Source: a bacterium (lineage in GTDB: Bacteria > UBA8248 > JACPRG01 > G963555815). From it: DNA of 64,000 bases. Made by a program: the position numbers and the translations under genes. The notes below the pieces were generated by a model, which saw only the letters and a list, made by a program, of their open reading frames with translations, ran no database searches and had not been told where the DNA came from. This document shows positions 1 through 10,442 of this stretch, piece by piece (the stretch's first letter is position 1; every line of letters starts with the position of its first letter). The stretch is from NCBI GenBank assembly GCA_965261595.1, contig CBDHDG010000006.1, positions 160,001 to 224,000 on the forward strand, in the 5' to 3' direction.

Positions 1-490
1 ACATGAGCAGGACGAAAGGCTGCGAGGATTCCTCCGCGTTGGCCGCCGCCCGCTCCACCTGGGGGCCGATGGGCTGGGCGGGGTCCGTAGCGGCGAACCG
101 CAGCCCCATGGCCCGAAGAACAGGCTCGGTCACCTGGCCTTTGGGGATGTGATAGAAGACCGGGTCCATCGGCGAACCCCGGTAGGACACGAGAATCAAG
201 ATCGGAAATTGATAACGCTGGGCCAGACTGACCATCCCCGCGCCCATCGTGAGCAACCCGACGTTCTGGATCAGCATGACCGTCCGGCCCCCCCCGAGCC
301 TCGACCCGCACGAGATCGACAGGGCCTCCTCCTCATGGGTCGCCCGGATGAGCGTCATCGCCGGGTCTTTATCAATCTCCACAAGCATCCGCCCCAACCA
401 ACTGTCCGGGACTGAGACGGCCACCTTCATCCCGGCCTTCTTCAGGGCCGCGAGCGTTTCCTTCGGGCGGTGAGAACGAGCTTTAGCCAC
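1..490 (-). CDS. ThDP-dependent decarboxylase alpha subunit (sulfopyruvate/phosphonopyruvate decarboxylase, ComD-like), 3' end outside window
   Basis: Absent from the ORF track. Manual translation from GTG at 490: MAKARSHRPKETLAALKKAGMKVAVSVPDSWLG...RATHEEEALSISCG...MLIQNVGL...ILILVSYRG. The VPDS, xEEEA, QNxG and SYRG motifs fit the Pyr domain of ComD/AepY. Confidence 0.75.
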   Translation of the reverse strand, partial: MAKARSHRPKETLAALKKAGMKVAVSVPDSWLGRMLVEIDKDPAMTLIRATHEEEALSISCGSRLGGGRTVMLIQNVGLLTMGAGMVSLAQRYQFPILILVSYRGSPMDPVFYHIPKGQVTEPVLRAMGLRFAATDPAQPIGPQVERAAANAEESSQPFVLLM

Positions 491-826
491 TTTGGATTTT
501 CCGTGCGCCGCAACCGGCGTGGGTTCGATTCAGAGATGCGTTCCAAGGCCCACCTCGAGGAAGCCAGCCCAAATCTTAGCCAAAAACCCGAAGCACGACA
601 AGGCGAGGATGATCCGCGAGGAGATCTCGGAACGATCGGCCGGTTGACCCGCTTCGGACCGCGCCCGGATAATGACTTCCCGGCGGGAGGAAGCGGGCGG
701 CTTCCAAATGTAAAAGGCATTCTCCGGAAATCACGTTGTTCCGGTCCACCCGTGCGGGAGCGTCAACGCCGGCGCGTTTCGGGAAACTCCGGACCTGGGG
801 GGAGAGGGGGGGGGGGAGCGTACACC

Positions 827-1372
827 ATGCGCCATCGGGATTCACCGATTCTCCGATTCCTGCTTACCGCCCTGGCGGCGGCGCTTCTCCCGTCCTGCGG
901 CGGATCGGTCTCGGCGCCCGAGCAGGCGGCCCGCGCCTTTGTGGAGGCCTATTACATCCGCGCGGACCTGACGGCGGCGGGCCGTCTGGCAACCGGATTG
1001 GCCGGGGAAAAGATCGCGCGCCAGGCCCGATTGCGGAAATCCCCCCGAGACGCCCATTCCGTTCAGGGCGTCTCACCCGGACTCTCCAACCGGCGAAACG
1101 TTGAGTTCGAAATCCTCGAAGTCAGGGACCGAGAGGACGGCCGCAAGGTTTTCCGTTTCGGCTTGTCCATTTCCAATCCCCCGGTCATGTTGCGCCTGCA
1201 AACCCTGGTCACCGTCGGCAAGCGGGCCAAGGGAGGGAAGGGCCGTTGGACCGTCCTCAACTTCCTGGACATCGACCCGCCTCCGGCCCGCGGGTCCGGA
1301 AATCCGTCCCGCCCCATCGGGGTATCCATGGGGATCCCGGATCGCGCCTTGAGGAGGGAAGCCCCTGGTTGA
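827..1372 (+). CDS. Hypothetical lipoprotein
   Basis: ATG 827 gives MRHRDSPILRFLLTALAAALLPS-C (basic N-terminus, hydrophobic core, lipobox). The stop overlaps the next ATG (TGATG). Confidence 0.65.
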   Translation: MRHRDSPILRFLLTALAAALLPSCGGSVSAPEQAARAFVEAYYIRADLTAAGRLATGLAGEKIARQARLRKSPRDAHSVQGVSPGLSNRRNVEFEILEVRDREDGRKVFRFGLSISNPPVMLRLQTLVTVGKRAKGGKGRWTVLNFLDIDPPPARGSGNPSRPIGVSMGIPDRALRREAPG

Positions 1373-2100
1373 TGTTCCTTCACCCCCTCCCCCGAAGCGC
1401 CCGACCCGAGCTCCTCGACGCGGAGAGTCCGCCGACGGAGCAGCTCTCGGGCAATCTCCGGGACATCTCGCGCGTCAACCGGTTTCTTGGCGGAACCTCG
1501 ACCCTCATCCACGCGCTGGCGAGGGCGGCCCGGGCCGATTTCCCGAATCCCGGAACCCCCTTCTCGGTCCTGGACGTCGGGACCGGGGCGGGAGACATTC
1601 CCCGCGCGGTCGCGAAATGGGCCGAAGCGAACGGCCGGACCGCCCGCATTTGGGCCATCGACCTTCGTTCCGACATTCTGCGATTCGCGGCGGAGACCGG
1701 ACCCCGGCCGATCACGCTGGGTTTCGCCCGGGCGGACGCGCGCGCGCTGCCCGTCCGCCCCGCCGGGGTGGATTACATCCTGGCTTCTCTGGTTCTTCAC
1801 CACTTCGACCGGGACGCGGCGGTGGCCCTGCTGCGGGAATTTCGCCATTGCGCGCGCCGGGCCGTGATCATCAACGACCTCCATCGCGGGCGGGCCCCTT
1901 ACGCGGCCGCCTTCCTCCTCACGCGCATGACGACCCGGAACCGGATGACAAGATACGACGCCCCGCTTTCGGTCCTGCGGGCCTTTGTCCCCAACGAGCT
2001 GGACGCGATGGCCCGGGAAGCGGGTTTCGCTACTTGGCGCCTGAGCCGGTCGTTCCCCTGCCGGCTGAGTCTCATCGCGAGACCGGCGGGCGATCCATGA
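1372..2100 (+). CDS. Class I SAM-dependent methyltransferase
   Basis: VLDVGTGAGD motif I, SLVLHHF and IINDLHR motifs; translationally coupled to the upstream gene. Confidence 0.85.
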   Translation: MFLHPLPRSARPELLDAESPPTEQLSGNLRDISRVNRFLGGTSTLIHALARAARADFPNPGTPFSVLDVGTGAGDIPRAVAKWAEANGRTARIWAIDLRSDILRFAAETGPRPITLGFARADARALPVRPAGVDYILASLVLHHFDRDAAVALLREFRHCARRAVIINDLHRGRAPYAAAFLLTRMTTRNRMTRYDAPLSVLRAFVPNELDAMAREAGFATWRLSRSFPCRLSLIARPAGDP

Positions 2101-2150
2101 CCCGAGATTTTCCGCTTGCGGGAATGCCCCGCGGACAAGAAGTTGATGAG

Positions 2151-2180
2151 GTAGGGGCGGGTACAGGAGTCAACCGGCCC
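2151..2180. repeat. GTAG-type REP-like palindrome (family A)
   Basis: GTAGGGGCGGGTACAGGAGTCAACCGGCCC; related copies at 9314, 10241, 10399, 41229 and 41276. Confidence 0.6.
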
Positions 2181-2325
2181 ACGCCCCGAGGCGAGTAGCG
2201 CGGGTCAGTTGACCCTTAGCCCCCTCCCAATCGCGGGATTGGAGAACGAACACCCAGGCGGGGGCTGAAGCTTGGGGTTTGCGACCCTCCCCGCGCTACA
2301 CTTGAGGGGGGAGGCGCGAGAACCG

Positions 2326-2643
2326 ATGAATGATGATCGCATCAAACAGTTCGAAGAAGTCCTGGCCATGGACCCGGACGACCCCGTCGTCCGATACGGT
2401 CTGGCTCAGGAGCTGATGGACGCGGACCGTCACTCCGAAGCCGTCCCCCACCTCCGGGAAGCGCTCCGCGTCAAGCCCGACTACTCGGTGTGCTATCACC
2501 TTCTGGGCCTTTGCCTGGAAACGCTGGGCGATGCGGCGGACGCCCGGGAGGTCTACCAGGGGGGCATTGAAGCCGCGCGCGCCCAGGGCGACCTGCACGT
2601 CGTCCACCTCATGGAAGAGCGGATGAAAGGGATGGAAAACTGA
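2326..2643 (+). CDS. Tetratricopeptide repeat protein
   Basis: TPR helices (PDDPVVRYGLAQEL, PDYSVCYHLLGLCLE); GGAGG upstream of ATG 2326. Confidence 0.8.
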   Translation: MNDDRIKQFEEVLAMDPDDPVVRYGLAQELMDADRHSEAVPHLREALRVKPDYSVCYHLLGLCLETLGDAADAREVYQGGIEAARAQGDLHVVHLMEERMKGMEN

Positions 2644-2892
2644 ACCGGCGGAGGCGCGGGTCGGTTGACCCTCATCCTCCGCTGGTTTTTGATGCGCCGC
2701 CGCATTTTGGCGGAGGCTAAGGGTCAATCGAAACGCGCCGTTCATCAAACGAATTCATCGCGTCCGGTACAGGAAAACATTTGGTTCTTTCTGAAGCGTC
2801 TCCCTATATATGGTTTTTCGTAAAAGGACAATCCGGCCCCCCGAGCTTGGCGTCCGGATGCCCATCCGCGATCTGAAAGAAGGTCAACCCTG

Positions 2893-3402
2893 ATGCTATA
2901 CGTCACACGAAAAAGCTGGATAGAGCTCCGCGATCGGCTGGTCCAGGTGGAAAAACAGGTTCGAGTCGACATGGCCGACGAGATCAAGCGCGCGGCGAGC
3001 TTCGGGGATTTCTCCGAAAATGCGGAATTGGACGCCGCGCGGGAAAAACAACAGATCCTGACGTTGGAAGTCCATCGGCTGAGAGAAAAACTGAGCCAGG
3101 TGGAGATCATCGACGACCTGGATATCGACGCGAGCCGCGTGACCATCGGCACCGCCGTCACCCTTTACGATCACGGACAGCAAGAAGAGATCAAGTGGAC
3201 CATCCTGGGCGAGGAAGACTCCAACCCCTCGGGCGGCGTGATCTCATACCAATCCCCACTGGCCAGGGGTCTCATGGGAAAAGAAGAGGGCGATGAAGTG
3301 ACGGTTCAGCTTCCGAGCGGAAACAAGGAGTTCGAAATCGTCTCCGTCGAGCCGGCCGAAATCGCTCCGCCCGACGCTCCCGCGGGGGACCATCAGCGCT
3401 GA
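2893..3402 (+). CDS. greA: Transcription elongation factor GreA
   Basis: GDFSENAE motif and the C-terminal ISYQSPLARGLMGKEEGDEVTV signature. Confidence 0.92.
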   Translation: MLYVTRKSWIELRDRLVQVEKQVRVDMADEIKRAASFGDFSENAELDAAREKQQILTLEVHRLREKLSQVEIIDDLDIDASRVTIGTAVTLYDHGQQEEIKWTILGEEDSNPSGGVISYQSPLARGLMGKEEGDEVTVQLPSGNKEFEIVSVEPAEIAPPDAPAGDHQR

Positions 3403-3484
3403 CCGCCCCCCCCTCCGCCTCCCCCCTTCCGCGATTCAGCGCATCCCGTTCCGCGGAACCCCGGACAAAAGAAACTTCCGCTCC

Positions 3485-4516
3485 ATGAGCCAACCCCCCG
3501 ACGCCTTGAAACCGGAAACCGTCGAAGAAGTCGTCGACCGCCTCATCCAAGAATCCGGCGGCTCTCCGGACTCCGACCTCATCCGTGAAATCATGATGAC
3601 GGCCCTGAAGATGGCCCGCGACGGAACCGACCGCGGGGACCTCAAAATCCTGAACGCGGCCCTCAAAGAGCTTCGCTACGCCTTCAAGGTGTTCTCGCCC
3701 TACCGCCTCACCCGGAAAGTCAGCGTCTTCGGATCGGCCAGAACACCAGCCGATTCCCCCGAATACGAGCAGGCCCGAAGATTCGCCCGTCAGATGACTG
3801 AAGAGGGTTTCATGGTCATCACCGGGGCCGGACCGGGCATCATGGAAGCGGCCAACGAGGGCGCGGGGAAGGACATGGGATTCGGCATCAACATCCTCCT
3901 CCCCTTCGAGCAGAACGCCAACCCGGTGATAGAAGGAGACGACAAGCTCGTCCACATGCGATACTTCTTCACCAGAAAGCTCCTCTTCGTGAAAGAGGCC
4001 GACGCCGTGGCCTTGTTTCCCGGCGGCGTGGGCACGCAGGACGAGGGGTTCGAGATCCTGACGCTGATACAAACCGGGAAAAGCGAACCCCTGCCCGTCG
4101 TCTTCATCGACGCGCCGGGAGGAAGCTATTGGCGGGACTGGCTGGAATACCTCCGGACGCATCTGATCGACACCGGCAAGGTGAGCCGCGAAGACCTGTG
4201 TCTGTTCCGGGTCACGGACGACGTCGAGGAAGCCATCCAAGAAATACGCCGATTCTATTCGCGCTACCACTCCCTCCGTTTCGTCAGAGAGCGGCTCATC
4301 CTCCGCCTCAGCCGGCCTCTGCCGGAAGGACGGATCGAAACGCTCAACGAGGAATTCTCCGGCATCCTCCTCAAGGGACAAATCGAGGAATCGCCCGCGC
4401 TTCCCGAGGAAAGCAACGAACCCCACATCTCCGGCCTGGGCAGACTCGCGCTCCATTTCGACCGGACCCATTACGGAGGTCTGCGTCAGCTCATCGACCG
4501 GATCAACGACCCCTGA
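3485..4516 (+). CDS. LOG family (nucleotide phosphoribohydrolase-like) protein
   Basis: SVFGSAR, ITGAGPGIMEAAN, YFFTRK and FPGGVGTQDE motifs. Confidence 0.88.
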   Translation: MSQPPDALKPETVEEVVDRLIQESGGSPDSDLIREIMMTALKMARDGTDRGDLKILNAALKELRYAFKVFSPYRLTRKVSVFGSARTPADSPEYEQARRFARQMTEEGFMVITGAGPGIMEAANEGAGKDMGFGINILLPFEQNANPVIEGDDKLVHMRYFFTRKLLFVKEADAVALFPGGVGTQDEGFEILTLIQTGKSEPLPVVFIDAPGGSYWRDWLEYLRTHLIDTGKVSREDLCLFRVTDDVEEAIQEIRRFYSRYHSLRFVRERLILRLSRPLPEGRIETLNEEFSGILLKGQIEESPALPEESNEPHISGLGRLALHFDRTHYGGLRQLIDRINDP

Positions 4517-4577
4517 GAACCGACTCCATCCGCCGCCGATTCTCGGCCGCCGGGGGGGGGGAGGGGGGAATTCACCC

Positions 4578-5384
4578 GTGGAATCGCCCGCACCCGCTGA
4601 AATGATCCTCCTCAGGCGGGTCACAAAAGTGTATGAAATCCCGCGCCGCGCGGGGGATCGCCGGCCGGAGGCCGTCACGGCGCTGCGCGACGTCAGCCTC
4701 TCCGTCGCCGCCGGAGAGTTCGTCGCCCTGATGGGACCCAGCGGATGCGGGAAGAGCACCCTGCTGAACCTGGTGGCGGGGATCGACCGGCCGACCGGCG
4801 GCGAGGTGCGCGTCGAGGGAAAATGCGTCTCCGCGCTGTCCGAGCGGGAGCTGACCCGGCTCCGGCGGAAAGACCTGGGCGTCGTCTATCAATTCTTCCA
4901 CCTCCTCCCCACCCTGACCGCGATCGAAAACGTGACCCTGCCCCTTCTCCTGAACGGGCTCTCCGGGCGGGAGGCTTCCGGGCTCGCCCGTGAAATACTG
5001 GACCGCGTCGGGCTGGCAAACCGCTCGGACCATCTCCCCGCCGAGCTTTCGGGAGGCGAGCTCCAGCGGACGGCCCTGGCCCGCGCCGTCGTCCACCGTC
5101 CGAAAATCCTGCTGGCCGATGAGCCGACCGGCAATCTGGACTCCGCCAAGGGTGAGGACCTGATGGCCCACGTTCGCGCCCTGGCGGGGGAGATCGGGCT
5201 CACCGTCCTTCTGGCCACCCACAGCCGGGAGGTCGCGGCGCGGGCCGGCCGCGTCATCCACCTGCGCGACGGCGTCCTGCGGGAAAACGTCCCGGGGGAC
5301 TCAGAAGCCGCCCCCTCCCCCTCCCCCTCTCCTCCCTCCACCCCTCGCGCCGATTCCATCGCCGCCCGGGACAATCCGTCTTGA
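4578..5384 (+). CDS. ABC transporter ATP-binding protein (LolD/MacB-like)
   Basis: Walker A GPSGCGKST, signature LSGGELQR, Walker B ILLADEPTGNLD. Confidence 0.92.
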   Translation: MESPAPAEMILLRRVTKVYEIPRRAGDRRPEAVTALRDVSLSVAAGEFVALMGPSGCGKSTLLNLVAGIDRPTGGEVRVEGKCVSALSERELTRLRRKDLGVVYQFFHLLPTLTAIENVTLPLLLNGLSGREASGLAREILDRVGLANRSDHLPAELSGGELQRTALARAVVHRPKILLADEPTGNLDSAKGEDLMAHVRALAGEIGLTVLLATHSREVAARAGRVIHLRDGVLRENVPGDSEAAPSPSPSPPSTPRADSIAARDNPS

Positions 5385-8044
5385 CGCCGGACCTGTTTCT
5401 CCTTCGGAGATTGAGTTTCCGCTCGGTGCGGACTCATCCGGGCCGGACGGTCCTGACCCTGGCCGGCGTCGCCCTCGGGGTGGGGGTCTTCCTGGGCATC
5501 CGCTTGGCGAACCAGGGGACCCTCGCCGGGTTTCGGAACACCTTCAACGCCGTCGCGGGCCGCGCGGCGCTGGAAGTCACGGCGCAGGGCGAGCCCTTCG
5601 ACGAGGGGGTCTTCGCTAAAATTCGGGAGACGCCGGGTGTCCGGCTCGCTAGTCCGGTCCTCCTGTCCCTGGTGGCGGCCCTGCCCGGAAAGGCCGCGCC
5701 CGAGGGGGAGGAGAAGGGGGAGGCCGGACCCGGGAGCGAGACGCCCGGACCGGACAAGCCCCAAGGCGTTCCCCTGCTGATCCTGGGCATCGACATCCTC
5801 TCGGAGGGAACATTCCGGGATTACGAGTTCGCCGGGGAGGAGAAAACCCCTCCGGAGGACATCGATCGAATTCTGCGGCGGCTTCTGGCCCCGGACACGA
5901 TCTTCGTCACGGATCGATTCGCGGCCCGCTACGGCCTCCGGGCCCGGGACGCGCTCGTTGTGATCGGGCCCGCCGGGCCTCGCCGTCTCACCATTCAAGG
6001 GCTTCTCCGGTCCGCCGGAGGGGGAAAGGCCTCTCCGGCCTCCGCCATGGACGGGAGCGTGGCCTTGATGGACATCGCCGCCGCCCAGGAGACCTTCGGC
6101 CGGCTGGGCCGTCTGGACCGCGTGGACGTTCTGCCGAATCCGGACATCGACCTGGAGAAGCTGGCGGAAAGAATCCGCCGGGTCCTGCCGGGCGGCCTGT
6201 CCGTCGCCCGTCCGACCCGCCGGAGCCGGCAATCCGAGCGGCTCCTGGAGGCGTTTCAGCTCAACCTGACGATCCTGAGCTACATCGCGCTCCTGGTGGG
6301 GCTGTTCATCATCTACAACACCATGAGCGTCACCGTCGTCCGGCGAAGACACGAGTGGGGCGTCCTCCGGTCCCTGGGGGTGGACCGCCGCGGGATCGTC
6401 GGGTTCGTCCTGCTTGAAGCGGCGGTCCAGGGGGTGGCGGGCGCCGGCCTGGGGATCCTGCTGGGAACGGTCCTCGGGCGGGCCGCCTTGGGGGCGGTCA
6501 GCCGCACCGTCGGCAGCCTTTACGTCCCGGTGGGCGCCGCCCAGGTGAGCCTGACGCCGGCGGAGGTCCTCCTCGCGCTGGGGGCGGGAACGGCGAGCGC
6601 CCTGCTGTCGGCCCTGCTTCCCGCGGCGGCGGCCGCCAAGATGAGCGTCCGCGAGTCCATCCACCGCGGAGACGCAACAACGGCAAGACAAGCCCGGACG
6701 GGATGGACGGCCGCCGCGGGACTCTCCCTGTTGGGAACCGCCGCTTTGCTGACGCGGCTCGACCCCATCCACGGGGTCCCCCTCTTCGGATATCTATCCG
6801 CCTTCGGGATCGTCGCCGGATTCGCGCTGTTGACGCCCTTGTCGCTGCGCCTGTTTTCGACCCTCTTCAGATTCTCTCGTCTTTCGTCGGGCGGCCCCGT
6901 CGGGATGCTGATTGATTTGACCCGGTCGGCGGGAAAGAACGGCGTGGCCGTCGCCTCCCTCGCCCTCGCCGTCGCCATGCTGGTCAGCGTGTCCATCATG
7001 GTCGCGAGCTTCCGGTCGACGATGGAGTCCTGGATCGGCCGCCGCCTGCGGGCCGACCTCTACGTCAATCCCATTGTGCGCTTCATCGGAAACCGCTCGG
7101 CCGTCCTTCCCCGTGGCGCCGCCGAGACGGCCGCCCGAACGCGGGGCGTCTTGGCCGTGGATGGATTCCGCACCCGCCGAATCACGTATCGGGACTGGCG
7201 CATCCTCCTCGGCGCGGGCGACCTCCGGGTCCTGCGGGACCACGGCGGGTTGACCTTTCTCTCCGGGGACCGGCGTGACATCCTGGACCGGGCCCGGGCG
7301 AAGGGCGAGGCGCTGGTTTCCGAGGTGTTCTCCAACCGGTTCGGCCTCGGGCGCGGCGATCGGGTGACCCTGGACACCGCCCAAGGCCCCCGCCCCTTCC
7401 GAATCGCGGGCGTCTTTTACGATTACTCGACGGAAGGAGGCCTCGTGATCCTGGACAGGGGGCTCTACCGGCGGCTTTGGGAGGACGATCGGCTCAGCGC
7501 GCTGGCGGTCTATGTCCAACCGGGGGCCGATCCTGGCCGGGTGAAGGAGGACCTCTACGCGGCGCTCGGGGCCCGGCGCGGCGTGGCCGTCTTCGAAAAC
7601 CGCCGCCTGCGCCGCCACATCCTGCGGATCTTCGATCAAACCTTCGCCATCACTTACGCCCTGGAGGGGGTCGCCCTCGTGACGGCGGTGCTGGGCATCG
7701 TGACGGTCCTTTTAACAAACGTCCTGGAGAGGACCCGGGAGATCGGCCTCCTTCGCGTCATCGGCTTTGATCGAAAACAGGTCGCGGCCTGGGTGGTCGG
7801 CGAGGCGGCGGCCATCGGAATCCTGGCCAACACCCTCGGGCTGCTGGCCGGCGGGCCGTTGGCCCTGATCCTGATCTTCGTCATCAACAAGCAGTCCTTC
7901 GGCTGGACGATTCAGCTCCACTGGCCCCCGATCCAGCTTGCCGGTTATTTTGGATTGACGCTGGCGGCGGCGCTGCTGGGCGCCCTGTGGCCCGCCCGGG
8001 CGGCGGCGAACGTCGAGGTGAAGGAGGCCATCCACTTTGAATAG
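5381..8044 (+). CDS. FtsX-like ABC permease with duplicated MacB/FtsX modules
   Basis: Two FtsX-type modules (RRHEWGVLRSLG; RTREIGLLRVIG), multiple TM helices, overlaps the ATPase gene. Confidence 0.88.
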   Translation: MTPDLFLLRRLSFRSVRTHPGRTVLTLAGVALGVGVFLGIRLANQGTLAGFRNTFNAVAGRAALEVTAQGEPFDEGVFAKIRETPGVRLASPVLLSLVAALPGKAAPEGEEKGEAGPGSETPGPDKPQGVPLLILGIDILSEGTFRDYEFAGEEKTPPEDIDRILRRLLAPDTIFVTDRFAARYGLRARDALVVIGPAGPRRLTIQGLLRSAGGGKASPASAMDGSVALMDIAAAQETFGRLGRLDRVDVLPNPDIDLEKLAERIRRVLPGGLSVARPTRRSRQSERLLEAFQLNLTILSYIALLVGLFIIYNTMSVTVVRRRHEWGVLRSLGVDRRGIVGFVLLEAAVQGVAGAGLGILLGTVLGRAALGAVSRTVGSLYVPVGAAQVSLTPAEVLLALGAGTASALLSALLPAAAAAKMSVRESIHRGDATTARQARTGWTAAAGLSLLGTAALLTRLDPIHGVPLFGYLSAFGIVAGFALLTPLSLRLFSTLFRFSRLSSGGPVGMLIDLTRSAGKNGVAVASLALAVAMLVSVSIMVASFRSTMESWIGRRLRADLYVNPIVRFIGNRSAVLPRGAAETAARTRGVLAVDGFRTRRITYRDWRILLGAGDLRVLRDHGGLTFLSGDRRDILDRARAKGEALVSEVFSNRFGLGRGDRVTLDTAQGPRPFRIAGVFYDYSTEGGLVILDRGLYRRLWEDDRLSALAVYVQPGADPGRVKEDLYAALGARRGVAVFENRRLRRHILRIFDQTFAITYALEGVALVTAVLGIVTVLLTNVLERTREIGLLRVIGFDRKQVAAWVVGEAAAIGILANTLGLLAGGPLALILIFVINKQSFGWTIQLHWPPIQLAGYFGLTLAAALLGALWPARAAANVEVKEAIHFE

Positions 8045-9221
8045 CTTCCGGGCGTCGGATGCGGCCGTCTGGGTCCTGGCAGCGGCGCTGGCGGGGACGC
8101 CGGCCTCTTTCGGGCAATCCGCCGAGAAGACCGCCGCCGGATTTCTGACGGCCCGGCCGGGGCGCCCCTACCGGTTCCCCCGGGACCACGCCTCTCACCC
8201 CGGCTTCAAGACCGAATGGTGGTACTACACCGGCCACCTGAAAGCGGAATCGGGAGAGCGGTTCGGCTTCCAGCTCACGTTCTTTCGCAGCGGTCTCAGG
8301 CCCTCACCCTCCCCCTCCACTCCGGCCGGGGCCGGGGCCTCCAGGCCGAGATCGCGCTGGGCGGTGACGGACCTCTACTTCGCCCACTTCGCCCTGTCCG
8401 ACCACGCGAAGAAGACCTTTCTTTTCGATGAGCGGATGAGCCGCGGCGCGCTGGGCGAAGCCGGCGCGGGAAAGACCCGCTACAAGGTCTGGGTCGGGAG
8501 CTGGCGGGCGGAAGCCCTGGGGCCGGACGCGGGAGCGGCGCACCGGTTGGCGGCGGAGAGCGCCGGCTTCGGCATCGACCTGAAGGTCCGGCCGAGGAAA
8601 CCGCCCGTCATTCACGGCCTGGACGGGACCAGCCGAAAGGGCGCCGCCGCCGGGCAGGCCTCCCACTACATCTCCCTGACCCGGATGGAGGTCTCGGGGA
8701 CACTGTGGATTGGCCCGGGCGCGAAGCGGAGAAAGCTGGCGGTCACCGGCTCGGCCTGGATGGACCACGAGTTCGGGTCGAGCCAATTGGGAAAGGATCA
8801 AGTGGGCTGGGACTGGTTCAGCTTCCAACTGGAAACCGGAGCGGAGGTCATGCTTTACCGGATGCGCCGGAAGGACGGCTCGGTCGATCCGTTCTCGAGC
8901 GGGACCTGGGTCGGCCAAGACGGAAAGACCCGTCACCTGCCGCGAGGGGCCTTCGAGGTGAAGGTCCTGAAAACCTGGAAGAGCAAGAAGTCCGGCGGGG
9001 AATACCCGATCCGCTGGCGGGTCCGCATCCCGTCTCGAAGGGCCTCCTTTTTGGTCGAGCCTGTTTTTCCGGAACAGGAGCTGGTCACGCGGAAGAGCAC
9101 GAAGGTGACGTACTGGGAAGGGGCCGTGCGGGTCAGCGGCGAGGCGGAGGGCAAGCCCGTCCGGGGGAGAGGGTACGTCGAGATGACCGGCTACGCGGGG
9201 GCGTTTCGGAAGAAGATTTGA
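8037..9221 (+). CDS. AttH/CrtC-like lipocalin-fold protein (secreted)
   Basis: FPRDHASHPGFKTEWWYYTG, AWMDHEF, GWDWF, YWEGAV and GYVEMTGY motifs; usual partner of this ABC type. Confidence 0.88.
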   Translation: MNSFRASDAAVWVLAAALAGTPASFGQSAEKTAAGFLTARPGRPYRFPRDHASHPGFKTEWWYYTGHLKAESGERFGFQLTFFRSGLRPSPSPSTPAGAGASRPRSRWAVTDLYFAHFALSDHAKKTFLFDERMSRGALGEAGAGKTRYKVWVGSWRAEALGPDAGAAHRLAAESAGFGIDLKVRPRKPPVIHGLDGTSRKGAAAGQASHYISLTRMEVSGTLWIGPGAKRRKLAVTGSAWMDHEFGSSQLGKDQVGWDWFSFQLETGAEVMLYRMRRKDGSVDPFSSGTWVGQDGKTRHLPRGAFEVKVLKTWKSKKSGGEYPIRWRVRIPSRRASFLVEPVFPEQELVTRKSTKVTYWEGAVRVSGEAEGKPVRGRGYVEMTGYAGAFRKKI

Positions 9222-9391
9222 GTCTATTCAACCCGAGTCAGGGCCGGTGCAGATGCCGGCCGGCTCGCGCCCAGCCGCTTCTGCATGGCCGACGATGGAC
9301 GCGCATGGAGATCTAGGGGCGGGGCGAGAGTCGGTTGACTCCTGTACCCGCCCTTGTTGATGCAGACTTCGAGGGGCGTAGAGAATCTCGC

Positions 9392-10042
9392 TTAATGCCT
9401 GATAATTCCAGACATCTTCGCCGCTCTCACGAGGTCCTCCCCTGCTTTCTTCTTATTGCCCGCACGAGGGAAATAGGTTAGATGTAGAATGAGGGCTTTT
9501 TCTCGAATGACTCCCTTATACTCTCCACGGATATCCTTGAGTTTGCTTGAGAGTTTTATTTTCGATGGAACACTGCATCCATGGGTTCTTAAAATAGAAC
9601 GTACAGGTGCTTTCCCAAAAGCTATCACTCGACCGGGTTCAATAAGCTGCAATTCGCGTCCGAAATGATATGGAGCACACAAATCGATAACTTCTATAGG
9701 TGGATTTTCGAATCCAGCTTTCTCAGGGGCAATTGCACATTTTACTGCGTGAATGAATGCGAGCCCACGATCCAATAATTCGCTCCATTCAAGCTCCAGT
9801 GCGTCCGCAATAAATTTTCGAAGATTGTCATTTGGATCATTGGTTGCCGATTTTGCCGGCAATTGTTCCTGAACACTCTTTTTATAAGGTGGAGCAATTC
9901 CGACCACGAGAAGTCTGACGGATCTCCTATGTAATTCAGTCTGTTGACGAATATTGCATTCGACTTTGTGAAAGTCCTTACATCTGTCACAATGCCATAT
10001 TGCTTTCTGGATTTCCTGCCAAACAACGGACGCTGAATCCAT
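9392..10042 (-). CDS. Uracil-DNA glycosylase superfamily-like protein (divergent)
   Basis: N-terminal CxxC (HCDRC), LVVGIAP, AVKC, CAPY...ELQLIEP.RVIAFGK pattern; visibly AT-richer than its flanks. Confidence 0.65.
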   Translation of the reverse strand: MDSASVVWQEIQKAIWHCDRCKDFHKVECNIRQQTELHRRSVRLLVVGIAPPYKKSVQEQLPAKSATNDPNDNLRKFIADALELEWSELLDRGLAFIHAVKCAIAPEKAGFENPPIEVIDLCAPYHFGRELQLIEPGRVIAFGKAPVRSILRTHGCSVPSKIKLSSKLKDIRGEYKGVIREKALILHLTYFPRAGNKKKAGEDLVRAAKMSGIIRH

Positions 10043-10240
10043 TTGTTCGTAAACTCCAACAGACGCTTCGCTTCGCTCAGGATGACATGGAAAGCAAAAA
10101 TCCTGCTTCGGGACAAAAATAGAGGGTGGGATCTTTCGCCGGAATTCTCATAAACAAGTTCTCTTTGATGAGGCCACTAGGAGAATTGCCCTTGGGGTCT
10201 TTTCTCAGATCGTGGCCGATGCACCCATCGGTCCTCTTTC

Positions 10241-10425
10241 CGGGCGGGTACGGAGCCCCGCCCCTACATCTCAAATCGGGATCGGATCGCAGATTACTTG
10301 CGCCCTACCGTAAGGAAGATTGGATTTTCCAAGAACACTGGATCGGTGGCGGGAACGGGAAAGAACTGCCGCCATGGGAACTCGCGCCTCGAAAGACCTG
10401 TAGGGGCGGGGCTCTGTACCCGCCC
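10241..10425. repeat. Inverted pair of GTAG-type REPs (family A)
   Basis: CGGGCGGGTACGGAGCCCCGCCCCTACA (10241-10268) and TGTAGGGGCGGGGCTCTGTACCCGCCC (10399-10425); same arrangement at 41229-41304. Confidence 0.7.
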
Positions 10426-10442
10426 CTCTTGATGCGGAACAC

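Noticed and set aside
4578..9221. ABC exporter plus AttH lipocalin as a novel system
   Set aside because: This is a widespread known gene arrangement.
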